Assembly (NCBI GenBank): GCA_963664405.1
Contig: OY761158.1
Coordinates: 4,320,001 to 4,384,000, forward strand
Direction: 5' to 3'
Length of the DNA stretch: 64,000 nt
Source of the DNA: Thermoanaerobaculia bacterium
GTDB taxonomy: Bacteria; Acidobacteriota; Thermoanaerobaculia; Multivoradales; Multivoraceae
The position numbers were made by a program, and so were the translations under genes. Shown piece by piece: positions 9,367 to 21,006 of this stretch (position 1 is the first letter of the stretch; every line of letters starts with the position of its first letter). Below the pieces are notes generated by a model that was given only the letters and a program-made list of their open reading frames with translations, searched no databases and had not been told where the DNA came from.

Positions 9367-10179
9367 ATGGATCTTGTTAACTGGCAGAGGCTGTTCGAGG
9401 GCTTGGGCGACTTCGGTATCGCACTCGCCAGGAGTGTCATCGTCTTCTTCGTGCTGCGCGTGATCGCCAAGATCACACTGAGGTTGCTCATCAAGGTGCT
9501 GCAGCGTGGGCACACCGACGAGATGCTGATCGGGTTCGCGAGGTCGATCGGCAACGCCTTTCTTATGCTCATCGTCGTGATCGCGTCTCTCAACGCCCTA
9601 GGCGTCGATACGACCTCGCTCATTGCGATCCTCGCGACCGCCGGGTTGGCTGTCGGCCTGGCCCTTCAGGACTCGATGAAAAACTTTGCCTCCGGCGTTC
9701 TGCTGCTGATCTTCAAGCCGTTCAACAAGGGCGACTACATCGAGGCCGGTGGGACGGACGGCGTGGTGCAGACAATCAGCCTGTTTTCGACATTGATGCT
9801 CACCTTTGACAACAGGGAGGTCATTGTCCCGAACGGCGCGATCTGGGGCGGCGTCATCACCAACTACAGCGCCAGAGATACCCGCCGCGTCGACATGGTC
9901 TTTGGCATCGGCTACGGCGACGACCTCGCTCGGGCCCGGACGGTCATCGACGATATTCTGTCCGCCGACGAGCGAATCCTCGCCGATCCGGCACCCTGGG
10001 TTGCGGTGTCGGAGCTCGCCGACTCGAGCGTCAAGTTCATCGTCAGACCGTGGGTGAAGAGCGAGGATTACTGGTCAGTCAAGTTCGATCTCACCGAACG
10101 GATCAAGCTCGCATTCGACGAGGGCGGTGTCTCGATTCCGTTCCCGCAGATGGACGTCCACATGAGCAAAGTCGCCTAA
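9367..10179 (+). CDS. mscS: Small-conductance mechanosensitive channel
   Basis: GLAVGLALQDSMKNFASG, KPFNKGD, RRVDMVFGIGY, IPFPQMDV; SD GGAGG. Confidence 0.93.
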   Translation: MDLVNWQRLFEGLGDFGIALARSVIVFFVLRVIAKITLRLLIKVLQRGHTDEMLIGFARSIGNAFLMLIVVIASLNALGVDTTSLIAILATAGLAVGLALQDSMKNFASGVLLLIFKPFNKGDYIEAGGTDGVVQTISLFSTLMLTFDNREVIVPNGAIWGGVITNYSARDTRRVDMVFGIGYGDDLARARTVIDDILSADERILADPAPWVAVSELADSSVKFIVRPWVKSEDYWSVKFDLTERIKLAFDEGGVSIPFPQMDVHMSKVA

Positions 10180-10215
10180 AGGCGCCGCGCATGATTACTT
10201 TCGCCCTTGTCACGC

Positions 10216-10767
10216 CTACCCCAGAAAGCCCTTGGCTTCTTCGATCTCTACCCGGCGCCCGCTATCGCCGACCAACTCGAGAACCTCGGTGTAGTACTTG
10301 ACCGCACTCGGCCGATCGCCTGCCCTCGCCGCCGCACGGGCTGCCCCAAGCTGCGAGTGGAAACGACGAGGCCAGGCGGCGAGAGACGACTCGTATGCGC
10401 GATACGCGTCCGCCGGTCTGCCCATCTCGAGTAGGAGGTCGCCGAGGAGCTCGTAGGCCGGCTGCAAGGCGCCAGGAGTCACCGGGTGTTTCTGGGTCGC
10501 AGCTTCACGCTCGGCCGCGCTACGCATATGGCGCAGCGCCTCTCCACTACGGCCCTCGCCGTGGGCGATCCAAGCGGAAACGGCCAGGCTACTGATCTCG
10601 ATCTGCTCCGTGAAGTAGGCCTCTCCCGCCGCCTCGGCAACTCTCGCCAAGGCTTCCAGCCGCTCCACGGCGGCGCGCGCAGCCCCGAGGTCACCGGTTC
10701 TCACCGCACCCAGGCCCTTGGCAAACTGGGTGATGGCTTCGGGCCACGGGGAGGCACGCGATAGCAT
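10216..10767 (-). pseudogene. C-terminal fragment of a TPR-repeat protein
   Basis: TPR-like helices (ELLGDLLLEMGRPADAYRAYESSL). The ORF starts mid-domain (PWPEAITQFAKGLG). Confidence 0.55.
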
Positions 10768-10842
10768 CGGGATCAGGATCTCATGGGCGGGTATGACCCG
10801 TAGGGGGAATCGCCGCCGAGGGCGACTTAGTAGACTCGCGAC

Positions 10843-12384
10843 ATGGACATATCGCTACGACGTTGCCGGAAGATTCTCTCGAGCGCTGGGGCGCTCGCTA
10901 TTTCCTTCCTTGCACCTGTCTCGGCGCAGTCGGACGAAGGTTCGCCACGCATCACCCATGGAGTGGCGATCGGCGAGGTGAGCGCGGGCTCGGCGGTGAT
11001 CTGGAGTCGGGCTGATCGCGATGCCTCGATGGTCGTGGAGGTCGACCTCGACCCGGCCTTTGCTTCGCCACACACCGCGCGGGTGGAGGCTGGCGCAGAT
11101 ACAGATTGGACTGCACAGGCGCTGATCGCGGGCCTCGAGCCGGCGTCGCGATACCACTTCCGAGTCTGGTTCGAGACCGAGGGCAAGCGCTCCGCAGTGG
11201 ACGGCGGTACCTTCCGGAGCGCACCAGCAGCGAACGACGCCAGGCCGATACGTTTTGTGTGGAGCGGAGATCTTGGCGGCCAAAACTACTGTCGCCATGT
11301 CGACCACGGCTACCGCATCTTCGACGCCATGGCCGACCTCGACCCGCATTTTTTCGTCGCCAACGGCGACATGATCTATGCCGACAATGGCTGCCCGGCC
11401 GTAGGCCCCGAACCGGGCTGGCGCAATCTCCCTGGCGAATTTCTCGGTGTCGGGTCGCAAGACCTGGACTGGAACGACTTCGCCGGCTTGCGCGAGGCTT
11501 TCCTGGGTCATTGGCGGTACAACCGAGCCGATCCGGCCTTCCTGGCATTCAACCGGCATGTCCCTATGATTGTGCAGTGGGACGACCACGAAGTGATCAA
11601 CGACTTCGGAGCGTCCTGGTCAGGCTGGAGTCGAGATCAGAGTCGCGAGGGCTACGGGAACCTGGTGCGTGCCGGCCTGACTTCGTTTTTCGACTTCCAC
11701 CCGTTCGCGCGCCATCCCGACCAGGAGTTTCGCATCTACCGATCCTTTTCCTGGGGATCGGAAGTCGACCTCTTCATTCTCGATGCCCGCTCCTACCGTA
11801 GCCCGAACACTCTCGTCGATGACCCAGCGGGCGAGAAGACGATGCTCGGCCGCGACCAGCTCGACTGGTTGCTAGAAGCGCTGCGCGCTTCCTCAGCGAC
11901 CTGGAAGATCGTCTCCTCCGACGTGCCTCTGGCGATTCCGACCGGGAGTCAGGCGGAGCTCTACGGCAGCGACGCCTTTGCCGCGGGGGACCGCGATCCC
12001 GCCTCGTCGCGCACCGGCTTTCAGCGCGAGCTCGACACCATCGTCGCAAGGCTCGATGCCGATGACGTAGAGAATGTCGTCTTCATCACCACCGACGTCC
12101 ATTTGGCTGCGCAGTTTCGCTACGACATCGACGCCGACGGTGACGGCGATTCCGTGGTCTTTCACGAGCTCGTGTCGGGCCCGCTCAATGCGGGCCGCTC
12201 ACCGGCTCTGACGCGGCTCGACGCGACCCTGCGACCAACGGTGCTCTACGCAGAGGGCGATATCTTCAATTTCGGCTTCGTTCGCACCGAGCTCAGGGCG
12301 GACGGGGCCCATCTACTCGTCGACATCCGAGACGATCTAGGCCACATCAGACCAGGATCTCGATTGGATCTTGCGCCCGAATAG
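10843..12384 (+). CDS. phoD: Alkaline phosphatase D family protein
   Basis: HGVAIGEV, NGDMIYAD, WDDHEV, LDARSYR, TMLGRDQLDWL, TDVH; N-terminal RR signal-like peptide. Confidence 0.9.
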   Translation: MDISLRRCRKILSSAGALAISFLAPVSAQSDEGSPRITHGVAIGEVSAGSAVIWSRADRDASMVVEVDLDPAFASPHTARVEAGADTDWTAQALIAGLEPASRYHFRVWFETEGKRSAVDGGTFRSAPAANDARPIRFVWSGDLGGQNYCRHVDHGYRIFDAMADLDPHFFVANGDMIYADNGCPAVGPEPGWRNLPGEFLGVGSQDLDWNDFAGLREAFLGHWRYNRADPAFLAFNRHVPMIVQWDDHEVINDFGASWSGWSRDQSREGYGNLVRAGLTSFFDFHPFARHPDQEFRIYRSFSWGSEVDLFILDARSYRSPNTLVDDPAGEKTMLGRDQLDWLLEALRASSATWKIVSSDVPLAIPTGSQAELYGSDAFAAGDRDPASSRTGFQRELDTIVARLDADDVENVVFITTDVHLAAQFRYDIDADGDGDSVVFHELVSGPLNAGRSPALTRLDATLRPTVLYAEGDIFNFGFVRTELRADGAHLLVDIRDDLGHIRPGSRLDLAPE

Positions 12385-12443
12385 TCGAAGCGGCTCAGTC
12401 GCTCGCGGGCTAGACCAGCCCTGATACCTCTGGAAATCGACTC

Positions 12444-13562
12444 ATGACACGAACTCGAATCTTGTTCACACCCCCGACTCTCTTGGCAGTCGCCTTGCTC
12501 GCTCTTACCCTGCCCGTCTCCTCCCAGCCGGAACCCGGAGCCGCCGGCAGCGGATCGGGCCAGCCTATTGGAGAGGCCCTCTTCGCCCGCGACTGTGCTG
12601 GTTGCCACGAGGGGGAGGGCAAGTCGCAGGGACCGAGCCTGGCGGCTCTGCAGCAGATGGGCTCCGACCAGGTGATGACCTCGCTCACTTCCGGCAAGAT
12701 GATGGAGCAGGCCGAGGGTCTATCTCCGGCCCAGATCCTCGCGATCGTCAGCTACCTGGCCGGCGGCAAGAGCGAAGCTGAAGACGCCATGCCGGCGATC
12801 GACTTGACGACGGGCGCCGTGCGCTGGTCGTTTCAAGGTACCCGGAACGATGCCTGGAATATGGCCTGTGGTCGCCGGGGTCCCAACTGTCCGCGTGAGG
12901 ACGGTCCCGATTTCGATTTCGGTGCGGCACCAGTACTGGCTACCTCATCGTCTGGAAGACAGATCCTCGTTGCCGGCCAGAAGTCCGGCGAAGTTCACGC
13001 GCTCGACCCTGATACGGGCAAGGTTTTCTGGCAGAACCGCTTGGGCGTGGGCTCGCCCCTGGGCGGCGTTCACTGGGGAATGACCATCGCCGGTGACCGA
13101 GTCTTCGTGCCCATCGCCGACCCTCCGAATAATCCCGAGTCGCGCCCGGGTGTGTACGCGCTCGATCTCGAGAGCGGCGAGCTGCTCTGGACCTACAAAG
13201 CGGAGCGGGGCTGCGAGCTCGATCTCGTCAAGCTGCGCGCCGCGAAGACACCGTGGCCGGAGTGCCCGGTGCAATACAGTTTCTCGGCCGCTCCGATGTC
13301 CAGCCCCGACGTGGTGTTCGCCGGGGCTCTGAGTGGCAAGGTGTTCGCGTTCTCCGCCGAGAGCGGCGAGATTCTCTGGCAGGACCACACCGTGAGGCCT
13401 TACGACTCGATCAACGGAATCCCGGCCCACGGCGGCGCGATCGACAGCTCGGGCGTACAGCTTGCCGATGACATGCTCTTTGTGCAGTCGGGCTACAGCT
13501 ATTTTGGTCAGATTCCGGGTAACGCGCTGATCGCCTACCGCACGAGCGCTTCAGGCGAGTAG
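12444..13562 (+). CDS. Cytochrome c + PQQ beta-propeller dehydrogenase (PVA-dehydrogenase-like) with an apparent in-frame internal deletion
   Basis: Signal peptide and CAGCH heme motif, then a direct jump to the late propeller blades (NDAWNMAC, GPDFDFG, AGQKSG, GGVHWG). Confidence 0.75.
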   Translation: MTRTRILFTPPTLLAVALLALTLPVSSQPEPGAAGSGSGQPIGEALFARDCAGCHEGEGKSQGPSLAALQQMGSDQVMTSLTSGKMMEQAEGLSPAQILAIVSYLAGGKSEAEDAMPAIDLTTGAVRWSFQGTRNDAWNMACGRRGPNCPREDGPDFDFGAAPVLATSSSGRQILVAGQKSGEVHALDPDTGKVFWQNRLGVGSPLGGVHWGMTIAGDRVFVPIADPPNNPESRPGVYALDLESGELLWTYKAERGCELDLVKLRAAKTPWPECPVQYSFSAAPMSSPDVVFAGALSGKVFAFSAESGEILWQDHTVRPYDSINGIPAHGGAIDSSGVQLADDMLFVQSGYSYFGQIPGNALIAYRTSASGE

Positions 13563-13575
13563 TGCCCAGCCGCGG

Positions 13576-14196
13576 CTAGACGATCGGGATCATGCAGTGC
13601 TTTCGGAAGGCCGGCCGCTCACTGAGTCTTCGGTACCAGTCCTCGAGATGCTTCATCGGAGGCCGATCGTCGACCAGCTCGAACCAGCGGTGCGCTTGCG
13701 GCCCGAGCGGAATGTCGGCCATGGTGAAGGTGTCACCGACTACATAGGCGCTGCTGGCGAGATGTCGGTCGAGTAGGCCCCAAACCGTGTAGCCGCGCTC
13801 GATCCCTCGCCGGATGGCATCTAGATCACGATCCTCCTCCGGCGTCCGAACCAGTCCCCAGAAGATCGGCGTCATCATCGACATCACTGTTGTCAGCCGC
13901 CAGTCCATCCACTGCTCGGCAAGAGCGCGCTGGTGCGGGTCGCTCGGGCAGAGCGAGCCCAGTCCGTGCTTGGAGCACAGGTAGCGGGTGATCGCGCTCG
14001 ACTCCCAGAGCACGAAACCGTCATCGATGAGGGTGGGTACCAGCCCGTTGGGATTCTTTTCGAGGTACTGCTGCTGATCGTTGCCGCCGAACGGGCCGCC
14101 GATGTCGACTTGCTCGTAGTCGAGCCCGAGCTCGTCTGCCGCCCACAGGGGCAACATCACGTTGGCGGAAGTTCGCCGCCCTAGAATGGTGAGAAT
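13576..14196 (-). CDS. Glutathione S-transferase (GstB-like)
   Basis: NPNGLVPTL, LWESSAITRYL, FTMADIP. The conserved N-terminus LTILGRRTSANV extends to an ATT at 14196-14194, 7 nt from SD AAGGAGG. Confidence 0.88.
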   Translation of the reverse strand: MLTILGRRTSANVMLPLWAADELGLDYEQVDIGGPFGGNDQQQYLEKNPNGLVPTLIDDGFVLWESSAITRYLCSKHGLGSLCPSDPHQRALAEQWMDWRLTTVMSMMTPIFWGLVRTPEEDRDLDAIRRGIERGYTVWGLLDRHLASSAYVVGDTFTMADIPLGPQAHRWFELVDDRPPMKHLEDWYRRLSERPAFRKHCMIPIV

Positions 14197-14211
14197 GGTA
14201 AGGCCTCCTTT

Positions 14212-14590
14212 TTAGGCTTCGTTGGTGGAATCTAGCGCTGAGTCAGAATGCGCCAGCGCCCTCTTTGCCTCGGCCATGAAACTCAGGTTGTTCCATCGGT
14301 GGTAGGGCTGATCGTGGCGCGAGCCGGGCCGGGTGATGATCGAAAGGGTGTCGATCGGCATCCTGCCGTGGAGCCAGACGATCTTCTCTTGGAGAATACA
14401 GGAGAGACCAGTTTCCCGGCAGGCCGCTCTGAAGCCCTCGGCGGTGCCTCTCTCCGAGCGCCAGCCGGAGAGGTTGATCAGGTGGCGATTGAGCGCGCAT
14501 TGCAGTCTCATCGGCATCCTTCGAACCCACCGCGCCAGGCCGGCGAAATGGCCTGGATTGGAGTGGTGGACAAAGGCGACACCGTCGAAT
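14212..14590 (-). pseudogene. Probable C-terminal remnant of a class I SAM-dependent methyltransferase
   Basis: DGVAFVHHSN...WRSE...GLSCILQEKIVW...DTLSII resembles methyltransferase tails; no SAM-binding motif I is present. Confidence 0.45.
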
Positions 14591-14611
14591 TCCCGCGTGC
14601 CGCCCTCGCCA

Positions 14612-15400
14612 TTACGCCAGCGGCGCCTGGCCTCCGTCGATAGAGAAGGAGACACCGTTCACATAGGAGGAGGCTTTCGAGCACAGGAACAGAATTACCG
14701 CCGCGACCTCCTCCGCGGTGCCGTAGCGCCCGACAGGAACACTCTTGCTGTTGTCGGCGAACACGTCTTCGGCGGAACCGCCACGGGCCTCGGAGATCTC
14801 CCTCGCTGCGCCCTCCCACATCTCGGTCCGGATGAGGCCAGGCAGCACGGAATTCACCAACACCTGATCGCGACCGTATTTGCCCGCCAGGGCCTTGCCG
14901 GCGGCGACCATGGCTGCCTTGGATGCGCCGTAGTCGATCAGTGCCGCGCCCGGGTAGCGGGCTGCGTTACTCGCCACCATCACCACCCGCCCCCACTTCT
15001 TTTTTCTCATCGCAGGGAGGCAGCGCCGGGTGCACCGCACTGCGGACATCAGATTGAGCTGGAACAGATCGGCCCAGTCATCATCGCTCATGTAGAGGAA
15101 GTTGCGGGACGGGCCCGCCCCCACATTGTTGACGAGGATGTCAGTGGACCCCTCGGCCTCTACCGCATCGAGAAAGTCGTTTACCGACTCTGCTTTGCCC
15201 ATGTCGGCCGCGTAGCCACGGACGCTCCCTCCGCCGGACGGCGGCTGATAACCGTCGAGTGCCTTGACGCCCTCTTCGCTACGCGCACAGAAGGCGACAG
15301 CTGCACCGTGATCGGCTAGTAGCCGTACCGAGGCGGCGCCGATACCCACACTTGCACCGGTAACGATGGCGCGGTAGCCCGTGAGATCCAGATCTAGCAT
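14612..15400 (-). CDS. SDR family NAD(P)-dependent oxidoreductase
   Basis: TGASVGIG, DILVNNVG, YGASK, NSVLPGLIRT. Confidence 0.95.
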   Translation of the reverse strand: MLDLDLTGYRAIVTGASVGIGAASVRLLADHGAAVAFCARSEEGVKALDGYQPPSGGGSVRGYAADMGKAESVNDFLDAVEAEGSTDILVNNVGAGPSRNFLYMSDDDWADLFQLNLMSAVRCTRRCLPAMRKKKWGRVVMVASNAARYPGAALIDYGASKAAMVAAGKALAGKYGRDQVLVNSVLPGLIRTEMWEGAAREISEARGGSAEDVFADNSKSVPVGRYGTAEEVAAVILFLCSKASSYVNGVSFSIDGGQAPLA

Positions 15401-15540
15401 TTTCGTCTCTCCCTCTTGTGCCGGTTCTCGAGCTTGCCATTATCTCTGAATCACGGACGACTCTGCCCAAAAGGGGCGGTGTGGGGAGTGTCGGCTCCAT
15501 GTTAGGGTCGCTTTTCGATCCACCGACACTGGAGGCGCTC

Positions 15541-16826
<1,286 letters not shown>

Positions 16827-16827
<1 letters not shown>

Positions 16828-18831
16828 GGTCGGCGCGGAAATAAGTTTCCAGTATCTGGGGTGACCATACCACTGCCCCCTTCTTCAGCCACCGCATAAT
16901 CCTCCGGTACGCGCCTTGTTTGCAAGGTTTAGAGCTAGCATAGCCCTGCCCGCATTTGGTATAGTTTTCCCTGTCACCTCTTTTGGAAGGGGAACTATAC
17001 CAAATGGTACGAGCCGAAGATCGTGATGCAACAGTGCGCGAGCTCTTGATGAGCGAACAGATGGCCACCATGGATGAGCTCAAGGACGCCATGGGAACCC
17101 GAGCCACCATGACGGTCTACCGTTCGCTGTCTCGATTGGGCTATTTGGCCAGCTACTCGGATCGAGGGCGGTTCTATACCTTGAACGAGATTCCCGATTT
17201 CGACGATCTGGGTTTGTGGTCGTGCGGTTCGGCGAGGTTCAGTCGGCATGGCAGCCTCCTCGAAACTGCGGTGGCTGCCGTGGACCGGTCCGCTGCCGGC
17301 TATACGGCTTCTGAACTCGAGCTCCTGCTGCAGGTCGAGGTCAAGCACGCGATGTTGCACCTCGTTCGTCGCAAGAGAATCGTACGATCCAGAGTTGGGA
17401 AGAGGTTCGTATACTTGTGCTCGGAAACAGGGCGCCGTCGTCAGCAGAAGCTGATGCGCAACGAACGGCAGGCTCTCCAGGATGTAGCTGCCAGCCTCGT
17501 TCCAGAAGTGCTCCCCGAGGAGCTCAGGGCTGCCATCGTTTTATTCTTCAGCCTGCTAGACGAACGCCAGCGGCGGCTCTTCGCTGGCCTGGAAGCGACC
17601 AAGCTCGGGCATGGCGGCGACCGGAAGATCGCCGATCTTCTGGACCTGGACCCTCATACAGTCGCAAAAGGACGTCGCGAGCTCTTCGGCGGCTCCGTGG
17701 AGCGCGGAAGAGTTCGAAGAGCAGGCGGTGGCAACCAACGAGTGGAAAAAAAACGCCCGAGATAGTCGATGGAATCCATTCCATACTCGAGGCCGATATA
17801 GCTGGTGATCCCATGTCATCAAAAAGATGGACGCACGAGACCGCTGCAAAGGTGGCCCAATGCCTTGCCGAACGCCTTGACATCATCGTATCGGCTACGG
17901 TGGTGCGTCGATTGCTCGCAGACCTGAACTATTCCCTCAAGAGCAATAGGAAATGTCTGTCTTCGGGGAACTCCCCAGATCGTGATGCACAGTTCAAGGC
18001 CATCAAGCGACTGCGCGAGGATTTCACAAGCGCTGGCGACCCGATCATCAGCGTCGATACGAAGAAGAAGGAGCTGATCGGTCGGTTCAAGAACCAGGGA
18101 CAGACATGGTGCCGCGAGGCCAAGCGGGTCAAGGATCACGACTTCCGGTCCGAAGCTCTCGCCATCGCCTCCCCCTATGGGATCTACGATCTTCAGAGGA
18201 ACTTCGGCGTTCTCGTCCTCGGACAGTCGTCGGACACGCCGGAGTTCGCTGTCAACAGCATCGCGACCTGGTGGCTCAAATACGGTCGATCTCACTATCC
18301 GGCGTCTCAGCGTCTCCTCATTCTTGCCGACAGCGGCGCAAGCAACGGCGCACGGCTTCGAGCCTGGAAGAAGTACCTCCAGGAGAAGCTCGTAGACAAG
18401 TGCGGCCTCATCATCACCGTCGCCCACTATCCAACTGGCACCAGTAAATGGAATCCCATCGAGCACAGGATGTTCAGCGAGATCAGCAAGAACTGGGCCG
18501 GAGTTCCTCTCGAGAGTTTCGAGATCCTCGTCAACCTCGTCCGCAACACGACGACATCCACCGGACTGCGCGTCGAGCCGTGCCGTGATCAACGCCAATA
18601 CCAGAAAGGAGTCAGGGTATCGGACAAGGAAATGCTGCAGCTCGCGGTGGCCAGGAGCGACTTCCTAGGAAAGTGGAACTACACCCTCTCGCCGAGACCG
18701 CGAACCGAGCAGGAAGAGCTTGCCCCACAGCCTGGGCTCAGCTCACCACCACCTCCAATGCAGCGACCGCCCTGTGGCGCCTCGGCCTCACACGCTCCGG
18801 CGATAATGTGAAGTTATTTCCGCGCCGACCC
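16827..18831 (+). mobile_element. ISAzo13-family insertion sequence, copy 1 (2005 bp)
   Basis: Terminal IRs GGGTCGGCGCGGAAATAA (18 bp perfect, 26/30 extended), flanked by TTA on both sides; DDE motifs ISVDTKKKE, ADSGASNG, KWNPIEHRMFS. Confidence 0.93.
17004..18811 (+). CDS. ISAzo13-family transposase in two overlapping frames (17004-17765, then -1 frame to 18811)
   Basis: OrfA ends VEKKRPR and the -1 frame continues KKTPEI...DDE. An A8 run lies at 17746-17753, the same in both copies. Confidence 0.88.
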
Positions 18832-18834
18832 TTA

Positions 18835-20839
18835 GGGTCGGCGCGGAAATAAGTTTCCAGTATCTGGGGTGACCATACCACTGCCCCCTTCTTCAGCCAC
18901 CGCATAATCCTCCGGTACGCGCCTTGTTTGCAAGGTTTAGAGCTAGCATAGCCCTGCCCGCATTTGGTATAGTTTTCCCTGTCACCTCTTTTGGAAGGGG
19001 AACTATACCAAATGGTACGAGCCGAAGATCGTGATGCAACAGTGCGCGAGCTCTTGATGAGCGAACAGATGGCCACCATGGATGAGCTCAAGGACGCCAT
19101 GGGAACCCGAGCCACCATGACGGTCTACCGTTCGCTGTCTCGATTGGGCTATTTGGCCAGCTACTCGGATCGAGGGCGGTTCTATACCTTGAACGAGATT
19201 CCCGATTTCGACGATCTGGGTTTGTGGTCGTGCGGTTCGGCGAGGTTCAGTCGGCATGGCAGCCTCCTCGAAACTGCGGTGGCTGCCGTGGACCGGTCCG
19301 CTGCCGGCTATACGGCTTCTGAACTCGAGCTCCTGCTGCAGGTCGAGGTCAAGCACGCGATGTTGCACCTCGTTCGTCGCAAGAGAATCGTACGATCCAG
19401 AGTTGGGAAGAGGTTCGTATACTTGTGCTCGGAAACAGGGCGCCGTCGTCAGCAGAAGCTGATGCGCAACGAACGGCAGGCTCTCCAGGATGTAGCTGCC
19501 AGCCTCGTTCCAGAAGTGCTCCCCGAGGAGCTCAGGGCTGCCATCGTTTTATTCTTCAGCCTGCTAGACGAACGCCAGCGGCGGCTCTTCGCTGGCCTGG
19601 AAGCGACCAAGCTCGGGCATGGCGGCGACCGGAAGATCGCCGATCTTCTGGACCTGGACCCTCATACAGTCGCAAAAGGACGTCGCGAGCTCTTCGGCGG
19701 CTCCGTGGAGCGCGGAAGAGTTCGAAGAGCAGGCGGTGGCAACCAACGAGTGGAAAAAAAACGCCCGAGATAGTCGATGGAATCCATTCCATACTCGAGG
19801 CCGATATAGCTGGTGATCCCATGTCATCAAAAAGATGGACGCACGAGACCGCTGCAAAGGTGGCCCAATGCCTTGCCGAACGCCTTGACATCATCGTATC
19901 GGCTACGGTGGTGCGTCGATTGCTCGCAGACCTGAACTATTCCCTCAAGAGCAATAGGAAATGTCTGTCTTCGGGGAACTCCCCAGATCGTGATGCACAG
20001 TTCAAGGCCATCAAGCGACTGCGCGAGGATTTCACAAGCGCTGGCGACCCGATCATCAGCGTCGATACGAAGAAGAAGGAGCTGATCGGTCGGTTCAAGA
20101 ACCAGGGACAGACATGGTGCCGCGAGGCCAAGCGGGTCAAGGATCACGACTTCCGGTCCGAAGCTCTCGCCATCGCCTCCCCCTATGGGATCTACGATCT
20201 TCAGAGGAACTTCGGCGTTCTCGTCCTCGGACAGTCGTCGGACACGCCGGAGTTCGCTGTCAACAGCATCGCGACCTGGTGGCTCAAATACGGTCGATCT
20301 CACTATCCGGCGTCTCAGCGTCTCCTCATTCTTGCCGACAGCGGCGCAAGCAACGGCGCACGGCTTCGAGCCTGGAAGAAGTACCTCCAGGAGAAGCTCG
20401 TAGACAAGTGCGGCCTCATCATCACCGTCGCCCACTATCCAACTGGCACCAGTAAATGGAATCCCATCGAGCACAGGATGTTCAGCGAGATCAGCAAGAA
20501 CTGGGCCGGAGTTCCTCTCGAGAGTTTCGAGATCCTCGTCAACCTCGTCCGCAACACGACGACATCCACCGGACTGCGCGTCGAGCCGTGCCGTGATCAA
20601 CGCCAATACCAGAAAGGAGTCAGGGTATCGGACAAGGAAATGCTGCAGCTCGCGGTGGCCAGGAGCGACTTCCTAGGAAAGTGGAACTACACCCTCTCGC
20701 CGAGACCGCGAACCGAGCAGGAAGAGCTTGCCCCACAGCCTGGGCTCAGCTCACCACCACCTCCAATGCAGCGACCGCCCTGTGGCGCCTCGGCCTCACA
20801 CGCTCCGGCGATAATGTGAAGTTATTTCCGCGCCGACCC
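18835..20839 (+). mobile_element. ISAzo13-family insertion sequence, copy 2 (tandem direct repeat of copy 1)
   Basis: Identical ORF translations at +2008 offset; separated from copy 1 by TTA and followed by TTA. Confidence 0.9.
19012..20819 (+). CDS. ISAzo13-family transposase (frameshifted), copy 2
   Basis: Same as copy 1. Confidence 0.85.
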
Positions 20840-20840
20840 T

Positions 20841-21006
20841 TAGTGGACCGTGACACCCAAACATTTAGCGCCTGAGCGGCCCTCGGGGCCGATCTCTGCG
20901 TTACGCTTCCTCGACATAGTCCCCGATATGCCTGCGTCAGCGCGCCTTGATCTCGACCACGAATGACTCGCTCAGCCACTAAACGTTCGAGTGTTACGGT
21001 CCACTA
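20841..21006. repeat. Rod-like palindromic element A (166 bp)
   Basis: TAGTGGACCGTGACAC...GTGTTACGGTCCACTA long imperfect inverted repeat. The core TCCTCGACATA-N8-TATGCCTGCGTC is shared with elements B and C. Confidence 0.85.
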
